64,000 bases of DNA from NCBI GenBank assembly GCA_963765495.1, contig CAVXWP010000007.1:416001-480000 (forward strand), given 5' to 3'. Source of the DNA: Blastocatellia bacterium (GTDB taxonomy: Bacteria > Acidobacteriota > Blastocatellia > UBA7656). This document shows positions 38,009-46,362 of the stretch, piece by piece. The position numbers and the translations under genes are program-made. Every line of letters starts with the position of its first letter. The first letter of the stretch is position 1. The notes under the pieces were generated by a model. The model worked only from the letters and a program-made list of their open reading frames with translations, had not been told where the DNA came from and did no database searches.

Positions 38009-39205
38009 TCAGGCAAGTATGGCCACCACTTCGCGTTGTGGTTCGCCGCCCGTGACTCTCGCTTCGCCTTTGTCTACGTAAACATCTATCTCGCTGCGCA
38101 CTCCGAAGCGGCCTTCCAGATAGATGCCCGGCTCAATCGAAAAACAGGTTCGCGGTATCAACACGCGCTCGTCTTTCGTTTCAAGGTTGTCAATATTCGC
38201 TCCGTTGCCGTGCACTTCGGTGTGGATGTTGTGACCGGTTCGGTGTATGAAGTATTCACCATAGCCCGCGTCCTGAATTACAGCGCGGCAAACATCGTCT
38301 ACCTGCCAGCCGTAAACGGTGCGACCTTCGCTGAATGCATCTTTGACGAAATTCGTAGCCGCGTCGCGTGCGTCTCTGACTATCGTGAATACCTTGTTTA
38401 CTTCGTCGGGCACAGTTGAGCCTACAAAGGATGTCCAGGTGATGTCGGCATACACGCCGCCGGGACGGTCTACCTTTGCCCACAGATCTATCAAAACGAA
38501 ATCTCCTTCGTTGATAGGCGAGTGCTTCTCTTTTGTAGGTTCGTAGTGGGGTGAGGCGCTGTTGGCGTTTACGGCCACGATGGGAGGGTCGCGCGTAATG
38601 AGTCCGCGTTCGTTGAATCGCTCGACCATGTATTGCTGAATGTCGTATTCGTGCGTAGGAGTTCCGGCCTTTATGCGGCGGCCTATCTCAGCAAAGGCAT
38701 CCCTGACGACCGCGTAAAGGGCGCGAGCCGCTTCTTCGTGCATGTCGAGTTGCTCATCGTTCCAGGCGGATTCGAATTTTTGAACAAGGTCTGCCGATGA
38801 GATCGGCTCTACGCCAAACGAGCGGATCAGTTCGATAGTACCCGCGTCAATTCTCGAAAGATAAGGTATGGCGGCTTCGGGCGAATACTGCATCGCAATG
38901 CGCGGGGCGGGTTTGTTCCCGTCTTCGGTCATTGTGTTTCGCAGATGCTGGTGCAGTTGTTGCCAGGGCAGATAAATCAATTTCTTGCCGGGTAGATGGT
39001 CTATGACATCGCGCTCGATGGAATGGACGATTCTGGTAGGTTCGCCCGCCTGCGGAATGTAATAGAACCATCGCCGGGTAGCCATATGGCCTTCTTCGGC
39101 CATACCCAGGATGTTGGCCGCAATCGGATCGCTTCCCCGGAAACTGTAAAACAGCCAGCCGTCAAGGCCCGCCTCTTTCAGCGCTTCTTGTATCTTCTCT
39201 ATCAA
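38009..39205 (-). CDS. M24-family Xaa-Pro aminopeptidase
   Basis: PHYEP, VLIDLWA, YADITW, HRTGHNI, HGNG, FSIEPGIY, GVRSEID; TTG start at 39205 after GGAGG. Confidence 0.9.
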   Translation of the reverse strand: MIEKIQEALKEAGLDGWLFYSFRGSDPIAANILGMAEEGHMATRRWFYYIPQAGEPTRIVHSIERDVIDHLPGKKLIYLPWQQLHQHLRNTMTEDGNKPAPRIAMQYSPEAAIPYLSRIDAGTIELIRSFGVEPISSADLVQKFESAWNDEQLDMHEEAARALYAVVRDAFAEIGRRIKAGTPTHEYDIQQYMVERFNERGLITRDPPIVAVNANSASPHYEPTKEKHSPINEGDFVLIDLWAKVDRPGGVYADITWTSFVGSTVPDEVNKVFTIVRDARDAATNFVKDAFSEGRTVYGWQVDDVCRAVIQDAGYGEYFIHRTGHNIHTEVHGNGANIDNLETKDERVLIPRTCFSIEPGIYLEGRFGVRSEIDVYVDKGEARVTGGEPQREVVAILA

Positions 39206-39427
39206 GGTATGCCTCCGCAAAAATGAATTTTATTTGACAGCCCTTTAGATTAACACAAGGTGAGGGCGCATTGACAGTTGCCGCGCTTCTGTAATGATCG
39301 CTCTTGCCTGTCTGCCATAATCATTCAGTTTCCCAAAATGTAGGTAAGAGAATTAGGAATAGGCCGGGAGGAAAACCGATTACCCCGACGACTTGTTTAA
39401 CCCGGGCACATCAAAGAAAATTGAGTG

Positions 39428-39877
39428 ATGCCCTATAAACAGCCGCGCTCAGTACAGGTTGTGATCTTTGCCGAAAGCTCGGGCAGCCGGGATTTCCTGT
39501 TGCTCAGGCGCGTGGCCGCTCACGGCGGGTTCTGGCAATCCGTCACGGGCTCGCTAGAAGAAGGCGAGACACACCTCCAGACAGCCATCCGAGAGGTCGA
39601 AGAAGAGACGGGTATACGCGCCCGCGAAGACGAGTTGATTGATCTGGGCGTGATTAACACTTTCGAGATAGCACCTCAGTGGCGCGTGAAATATGCGCCC
39701 GGCGTCACACATAACGAAGAGGTCTGCTTCGCGCTCAAAGTAGACAAATGCGAAGTTAAGACAGACCCTCTGGAGCACGATACCTGCCTCTGGGTTGATT
39801 ACGAGACCGCCTTTGAGATGCTTTATTGGGAAAGCAACAAGCGAGCTTTTGCGGCGCTGGCCGCGATGCTAAAGTGA
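39428..39877 (+). CDS. nudB: Dihydroneopterin triphosphate diphosphatase (NUDIX)
   Basis: YKQPRSVQVVI, FWQSVTGSLEEGE...AIREVEEETG, YAPGVTHNEE, EH, SN. Confidence 0.85.
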   Translation: MPYKQPRSVQVVIFAESSGSRDFLLLRRVAAHGGFWQSVTGSLEEGETHLQTAIREVEEETGIRAREDELIDLGVINTFEIAPQWRVKYAPGVTHNEEVCFALKVDKCEVKTDPLEHDTCLWVDYETAFEMLYWESNKRAFAALAAMLK

Positions 39878-39905
39878 ATACAGTCTTTCTGTAACACGGA
39901 GGAGA

Positions 39906-40970
39906 ATGATGACCGAGTTTGACGATATAAGACTCACGCAGATGGCCAAGCGCGCCGGTTGCGCGGCAAAGCATCCGCCCGGATACCTGCTGCCGCTTCT
40001 TGGAAAACTGCCTCAGATAACCGACCCCAATGTGCTCATAGGCAGCGCGACCGCCGATGATGCCGCAGTTTACAAATTGAGCGATGATCTGGCGCTCGTC
40101 CTTACTACTGATTTCTTCACGCCCATCGTGGATCATCCTTTCGATTTCGGCGCTGTCGCCGCCGCAAATGCCTTGAGCGACATCTATGCCATGGGGGGCC
40201 GCCCTATCTCTGCGCTCAACATCGTAGGCTTTCCCGAATCATCGCTTCCCGCCGAAGTCCTCGGCGAGATACTGCGCGGCGCTTCGGCGAAAGCCTCGGA
40301 GGCCGGAATTGATATAGTCGGCGGCCATACGATAAAGACCGAAGAACCCATTTACGGGCTGGCGGTAGTCGGCACAGTTCATCCACAGAAAATACTATCA
40401 AACGCGGGCGCGCTCGCGGGCGATGCGCTTATTCTGACCAAACCCGTAGGCATAGGAATTATAACTACCGCTTCGAAAGTCGGCGAAGATACACAGGGCG
40501 CAATCGCTCAGGCGATAGAAGTGATGACGACGCTCAACCGGCAGGCTTCCGAAGTAGTGATCGAGATAGGAGCGCACGCGGTGACCGATGTTACAGGTTT
40601 TGGCCTCCTTGGCCACCTTCGCAATATGACTGCCGCATCTTCGTTGAGCGCGCGCGTCTGGCTCGACCGGGTTCCTGCCCTGTCTGCTGCGTGGGATTAC
40701 GTGCGAGCGGGCATCGCGCCCGGCGGAACACACGCCAACCGCAGGTTTCTGGCCGATTGGGTCAGTTATGCAGGGGACATAACTAAAGAAGATGAATTGA
40801 TCTTAGCCGACGCTCAGACATCGGGCGGATTGCTTGTAGCCGTAGCGGCTGATCGAGCCGATTTGATGATCCGGTCGCTCAAGCGAGCGGGTGTGAATGA
40901 GGCATGCGTAATAGGTCGTTTTGAGGCGGGCGAGCCGGGTCGCATATCCGTCACGCGTAGCGAGAGTTGA
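39906..40970 (+). CDS. selD: Selenide, water dikinase (Cys form)
   Basis: AGCAAK, DDAAVY, TTDFFTPIVD, ANALSDIYAMGG, TDVTGFGLLGHL, DAQTSGGLL. Confidence 0.95.
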   Translation: MMTEFDDIRLTQMAKRAGCAAKHPPGYLLPLLGKLPQITDPNVLIGSATADDAAVYKLSDDLALVLTTDFFTPIVDHPFDFGAVAAANALSDIYAMGGRPISALNIVGFPESSLPAEVLGEILRGASAKASEAGIDIVGGHTIKTEEPIYGLAVVGTVHPQKILSNAGALAGDALILTKPVGIGIITTASKVGEDTQGAIAQAIEVMTTLNRQASEVVIEIGAHAVTDVTGFGLLGHLRNMTAASSLSARVWLDRVPALSAAWDYVRAGIAPGGTHANRRFLADWVSYAGDITKEDELILADAQTSGGLLVAVAADRADLMIRSLKRAGVNEACVIGRFEAGEPGRISVTRSES

Positions 40971-41045
40971 CAATGATTAACAGGAGTTCAGACGGATTCG
41001 GCAAGAATCCCGTTTTATCCGTCTAAATCCTGTTAATCCTGTCAA
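40967..41045. repeat. Imperfect palindrome, ACAGGATT family, between convergent genes
   Basis: ttgacaatgattaacaggag...agacggat ... atccgtctaaatcctgttaatcctgtcaa; overlaps the selD TGA. Confidence 0.82.
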
Positions 41046-41053
41046 CCTCTTTA

Positions 41054-43592
41054 TCAATCAAGCGTGGCGACCCGCCCTCTTGCAAGCTCTCTGACTGCGG
41101 CGAACAATCTGTCGGGGTCAATGGGTTTTGGAATGTGAGCGTCAAAGCCTGCGGCAACCGCGCGTTCGCGGTCTTCGTCTGATGCCAGGCCGCTTGTGGC
41201 GATCAGGGGTATCTCTTTTGCGCGTGAGTCCTTGCGGATGCGGCGCGCAAACTCGTACCCATCAATCCCGGGCATAGATATATCGGAGATTATGACGTCC
41301 GGGTGTTCGGCAACCGCTTTCTCAAGCGCCTCCTCCGCGCCGTAAGCGCCAGTCACTCGCATGCCCTGCTCCTCGCATAACACGCGCATCATCTCAATCG
41401 TGTCGAGATCGTCTTCTATTATCAGGAGCCGCAGCCCCGCAATCGAGGTCGCATCTTCTCCTTCTCCTTCGGCAAGCGGGTCTTCGCCGCTTTCGACATC
41501 ATCCGTCACGGCAAGCGGTATTTCGATTATGAACGAAGCGCCCCGGCCCGGCCCCTCCGATTCCGCTGTTATCCGGCCTCCGTGCATCTCTACAAGCGAA
41601 TGCACTATCGAAAGCCCGAGCCCGAGTCCGCCGTGGCGGCGACCGGTAGAGCTGTCGGCCTGACGGAATCTCTCGAAGATATGCGGCAAAAAGTCCACCG
41701 AAATGCCTATCCCGGTATCGGTTACGATGAGCCGCGCCGTGTCGTCTGTGTGATCGGTCGAGATGATTACGCGCCCCTGGTCGTCGGTGAATTTGATTGC
41801 GTTGATCAGCAGATTGCTTATGATCTGCTGTAGCCGTTTGGGATCGGCTGAAATCATGACCTTATCGGAACTCAGGGTAGTTTCTATCCCGATGCCCCGG
41901 CTTGCCGCCTCGCTTCTGAGGTTCTCTATCGTAGCCTCGACGACCATGTTCAAATCCGTAAGCTGCAAATAGAGCGCAAGCTTGCCCGATTCGATGCGCG
42001 ACATGTCGAGCAGATCATTTACAAGCTGGGTCTGAAACTTTGCGTTCCGCTCGATTACGCGGATTGCCTGCTCGCGGGTCGCGTGATCGTCGGGCGAGAA
42101 GTTTGCCGAGCAGATGTGCCCAGCCGAGGATCGGTGTCAGCGGCGTTCGCAACTCGTGCGAGAGAGTGGAAAGGAACTGATCCTTGATCCGGCTGGCCCG
42201 TTCGAGTGCGTGACGGCCTTCTACGGCATCTTTGTAAAGCCGCGCATTCTGTATGGCCGAGGCCGCCTGATTGGCGATGATCGAAAGCAACGGTACATCT
42301 TCGTCGGTGTATGCGCCTTCGCGTATGCTTTGCGCCTGAATTACGCCTATCACACGCTCCTGCACGATCATCGGAACATAGAGTATCGCCAGAGGGTTCT
42401 CTTCGCTCTCTCCCACATAACGAAATGTGCCCGGGCTGTGCGTCCTTATATTGTCAACGATGATCGGTCTGGCCGTGCGAATGCACTCGCTCTGCGGTCC
42501 CGCGCCAAGCCTTATAGGCTCGAAACAATCGGGCGGATATATCTGGCCGTCGGAGTAGCCGAACGCGCATTTTATGGTTTCAGTCTCAGCCTCATAGAGC
42601 GAAATAAGCAAGGCGTCGCACTCAATCAGGTCGCTCAACCGCTCGTGAACGGCCAGGTATATGCTTTCGAGATCGAGCCTTGAAGCCAGAGCCTGAACTA
42701 TTTCGTTTACCAGCGTGAGCCGTTCGCGCTGCTTGTCGAGGTCGCCGAATAGCCGGGCGTTTTCGATGGCAGTCGCCACCTGCTTGCCTATGGTCTCGAT
42801 GAGCGCCCTGTCGTCCGCGCCAAATTGCCGCTGTTTGCTCATCGTAAGCGAAATGGCTCCCACAAGCCTGTCGTGCGCAAACAGCGGGACGATTACGGCC
42901 ATATCCGCGCCGATTGTGCGGAGGTTCTCAAGCGATTGGGGCGATGTCTGATTCTCCTGACCAGCTATGACAATCGAACGACTGCGAACGGCTTCCGCAA
43001 GCGATAGCGGGGACGATTCCCACGAGAGTTTCGGATAATTCTCAACCAGCGCGGCATACTCTTTGTGGTCATAAAAAGCGGGTCTGAGGCTTTGTCCGTT
43101 TTCATCGGCCAGCCATATCGCTACGCCGTCGGTCGCAAAGAGTGAGGCGAGGCTTTCAGCCACGGTATTTAGCACCTCGTCGAGATCGAGTATGCTTGTA
43201 GTAGCCGCCGCCACCGAATGGACAAGCGCGAGTCGCCGCCGCTCGGTCTCCGCGCGTTCAAGGTTCTCGCGTTCGCGCCTGTTTGCCTTCATCTGATTGA
43301 AGACAAGCGAGGCCGTCGTCACCTGAGCCACAAGTGAGATCAATTCATTTGAGCCGATAAGCGGGCGGTTGCCCGCCTCGGCGCTCAACAGGTAATCGAG
43401 AATGCTCGAACAGATGCAAACGACCGTTACCGTGATGAGGTCGCGCACCGAACCGAGCCTGATCGAGAGCATGATGGGCACGACAAAAAGCGCCGATGCC
43501 AGGACGCCCGAGGGCAGCATACGGTCGAACGCGAAGATCGCGACTATCAGGAGCGCTATCACTGCAAGCGTTTTTCCTCGTACTGGTCTCAT
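41054..43592 (-). pseudogene. Membrane hybrid histidine kinase (TM-GAF-GAF-HisKA-HATPase-REC) split by a 1-nt insertion near 42100 (pseudogene or assembly error)
   Basis: Upstream ORF has LSHELRTPLTPILG. Removing one base in AAA CTT C TCG gives KLSPDDHATREQAIRVIERNAKFQTQLVNDLLD, in frame with MSRIESGK...NAIKFT...DTGIG...GLGLGL...REC. Confidence 0.85.
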
Positions 43593-43679
43593 CTATATTA
43601 TCCGGGCCGGGTAGTCGCGCAAGCGAAGGGAGGCAGTTGCGCCGGGGAGTGAAGACTAGCCTTTGAGAATGATCTCCCG

Positions 43680-46184
43680 CTAGGTGCGCGAGGTCAAGAA
43701 CAAATAGAGCCCTCCCGTTCCAAAAAGCATATTCGGCCCCCAGGCGGCAAGCAGAGGCGGCAGCATCTCGTAACGGCCCATCTGCTCGAACAACCCTGAA
43801 AGCCCCCAGTAAGCAAGACCTATGGCTATGCCTATCGTCACGCCGTAGAGCGCGCCGCGCTTGCCTACCGAAAAAGAGAAGGGAAGACCTACGATAACCA
43901 TGATCAGGCAGGTCAGGGGGAAGGCTACCTTGCTTTGAAGCGCGATCTTGAGATCGAGCACGTCAAAGCCCGCGCGCGATAAATCCGCAATCCTTCGGCG
44001 CAAATCAAGCAGCGTCATCGAGGAGGATCCTCGGACATCCTTCTTGAAATACTCTGGGCGCTCGCCGAGCGACAAACGGCGCTCTTTGAATGTCTCATAC
44101 GCAACCAGCCGCTCGCCCTCGAACTTTCGTTCCCACCCGTTCTCAAGCACCCATACCTGCGCGTCGTTGTCCCAGACGGCGCGGCGGGCATAGAGGCGGC
44201 TCTTTATTCCGAACGGGTCTTTGGCCAGGTCGAGCACGTTCAATCGGGCGAATGTGTCATTGGTCGCGTTGAAATAAGCGTAGTTGTATATCCGCGAATC
44301 CGAGCCGAAAATCCACTGATTCGTAGTTTGATAAAACGTCTGTGGCGGCTCTTGCCCGCTTCGAATCAGGTGGCGCAGGTTGTTTTGCCGGCTGTTGGTA
44401 AACGGCATTATGTAATCCTGATTGATAAAGACAAGCCCCGAAAGCAGCAGGGAAGCAACAACGGCCGGTGCAGCCATGCGATAGATTGACTGGCCGGAAG
44501 CCTTGAGCGCGATCACCTGACTGGTCTTTTGAAGTATCCCGAATGTGATCATTACCGCAACTAACGCCGCAAGCGGCGTCATATAATTGAGCACCATCGG
44601 CATTAAAAACAGCAGATAATTTGCCACGACTATCCACTCGATGTTGTTTCGAGTGATGGAATTGAGCAGTTGGAAGAGCGTAATGATGATGAAGAGGATC
44701 GAAAAGCCGCCGAGTATGAAGAAGAAGAAACGCGCCAGATCGGAAAGCACAAGCCTGTCGAGCAACTGGGGCAGGTGATACCTGCGGCGCGCCTGCAAAG
44801 CCATCAACGCGCCGGTAGAGCCGGGACGCAATCCGTTCACCGTCTCCTCGCGATTCTTTTCCTGATCTGTAATCGCGCCCTGTTCTCTTGTCGTCTTTTC
44901 TGCCGGACGCCACGCGTGGCGCAGGCTCGTGAGAATGCTCAGGGCATCAGAGCCGGGGCGGCGCTGAATAAAGAGTATCAAAAATCCGATGGCTGAAAGC
45001 ACTATATTGGCCAGCCACATCCCAAACCACACGGGCAGCTTGCCGCTTACGGCGGCGTGCTGTCCGCTCAGAGCCAGCAGATAATAAATGATCGTTATGG
45101 CGAGCCCTAAAAGCAATCCGAATGAACGGCCCGTGCGAACATTTGTGATGCCGAACCCGACTCCGAGAAGTGCAAAGACCAGACAGGCAGCCGGAAGCGC
45201 AAGCCTCTTATGCACCTCGGCGAGCCAGTCTCGATATTCGTCGTCGGGCGCGGAGTAGGCGACAAGCTGGCTCCAGGGCATCTCTTCGATCTTGCGCTCG
45301 TCTTCGTCCAGACTTATCGCTTCATCTTTTTTCTCTTCGGAGACCTCAAGGCCGAGCGTCATCTCCCCGAAATTACCGGCCGTATAAGTCTGCTGGTTAT
45401 GGCCCTTCTTCTTCTCTTTATCGGGCGACTTCTGCTGCTCCTGATCGCCTTCATCCGAATCCGCATCTGATGCAGATTGTTCCTGAACCGTAGCAGTTAT
45501 CTGTCTGACTTTGCTTATCTGGTGCATGGTCCCCATTTCAAGATGAAGCTCAGGCATCTCGGACCGTTCGCCCTGACGAAGCGATCCCGTAGTAGCGGTA
45601 AATATCCTCATATCGGCGGGGTCTTCGCCAAGGTCCACCAGAAAGATGTTGTGCCAGAGGTTTTGAGCACGGTCTATATCCTCGATATAGAGCACTTTTT
45701 TTGGAAGCCCTTCCTCAAAGACTCGCGGTTTGATCTGCGTGTTGAGACCCTGAAAGATAAGCGCCTGATTTGATTTCAGATCGCTCAGATTGTGGATAGA
45801 ATCGGGCAGCAGGTTAAAAGTTATATAAAGCATAAGCGAGGCGATAAGGGCTGCCAGCGCCACGACAGGCACGAGCAGCCTCCCCCGGCTTATTCCGCTT
45901 GCTCCGAGGACCACCAGTTCGCTGTCGCCTGAAAGCCTGCCAAGCCCCACAAGTATGCCTATCAAAAGCGAGATCGGCAGAGTGAAAACAAGTATTCCGG
46001 GCACGAGCGCCGCAAGCACGCGATAGAGCGCCTCCATAGGCAGCCCGTTGCGGCTTGCTACAACGAGGAGTTCTGAAAATCTGCTGGCATCATGGGCAAA
46101 AATAATCGCCGTCAAAAGCAACAGAGCGAGCAATATATAAGGGACTATCTCCCTGAGTAGATAGCGGTCAATCAGGCGGACCAT
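43680..46184 (-). CDS. lptF: Fused LptF-LptG LPS export ABC permease
   Basis: Two tandem YjgP/YjgQ units: RLIDRYLLRE...GRLSGDSELVVLGASGIS and LDRLVLSD...SQVIALKASGQSIYR; ends AAWGPNMLF. Confidence 0.9.
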   Translation of the reverse strand: MVRLIDRYLLREIVPYILLALLLLTAIIFAHDASRFSELLVVASRNGLPMEALYRVLAALVPGILVFTLPISLLIGILVGLGRLSGDSELVVLGASGISRGRLLVPVVALAALIASLMLYITFNLLPDSIHNLSDLKSNQALIFQGLNTQIKPRVFEEGLPKKVLYIEDIDRAQNLWHNIFLVDLGEDPADMRIFTATTGSLRQGERSEMPELHLEMGTMHQISKVRQITATVQEQSASDADSDEGDQEQQKSPDKEKKKGHNQQTYTAGNFGEMTLGLEVSEEKKDEAISLDEDERKIEEMPWSQLVAYSAPDDEYRDWLAEVHKRLALPAACLVFALLGVGFGITNVRTGRSFGLLLGLAITIIYYLLALSGQHAAVSGKLPVWFGMWLANIVLSAIGFLILFIQRRPGSDALSILTSLRHAWRPAEKTTREQGAITDQEKNREETVNGLRPGSTGALMALQARRRYHLPQLLDRLVLSDLARFFFFILGGFSILFIIITLFQLLNSITRNNIEWIVVANYLLFLMPMVLNYMTPLAALVAVMITFGILQKTSQVIALKASGQSIYRMAAPAVVASLLLSGLVFINQDYIMPFTNSRQNNLRHLIRSGQEPPQTFYQTTNQWIFGSDSRIYNYAYFNATNDTFARLNVLDLAKDPFGIKSRLYARRAVWDNDAQVWVLENGWERKFEGERLVAYETFKERRLSLGERPEYFKKDVRGSSSMTLLDLRRRIADLSRAGFDVLDLKIALQSKVAFPLTCLIMVIVGLPFSFSVGKRGALYGVTIGIAIGLAYWGLSGLFEQMGRYEMLPPLLAAWGPNMLFGTGGLYLFLTSRT

Positions 46185-46226
46185 CAAAGTGAGTCTAGCA
46201 CGTTCAGAAACCGAGCATCAAGATTT

Positions 46227-46362
46227 GTGATAAGTGATCGGTGAAGAGTGATGCGTAATGCGTGACACGTGAAGTGCGATCCGTGATTTTCGAATAGGTC
46301 GCCCGTTAAAAAGCACCTGCAAGTCTGGTAAATCACGTATCACGCATCACTCTTCACCGATC
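46227..46362. repeat. Palindrome of GTGATGC/GTGA-type heptamers with a 21-bp perfect inverted repeat
   Basis: GATCGGTGAAGAGTGATGCGT (46236-46256) pairs with ACGCATCACTCTTCACCGATC (46342-46362), which includes the last two codons and stop of the kinase gene. Confidence 0.88.

Noticed and set aside
39950-39975. Selenocysteine in SelD
   Set aside because: The active-site codon is TGC (Cys); there is no in-frame TGA.
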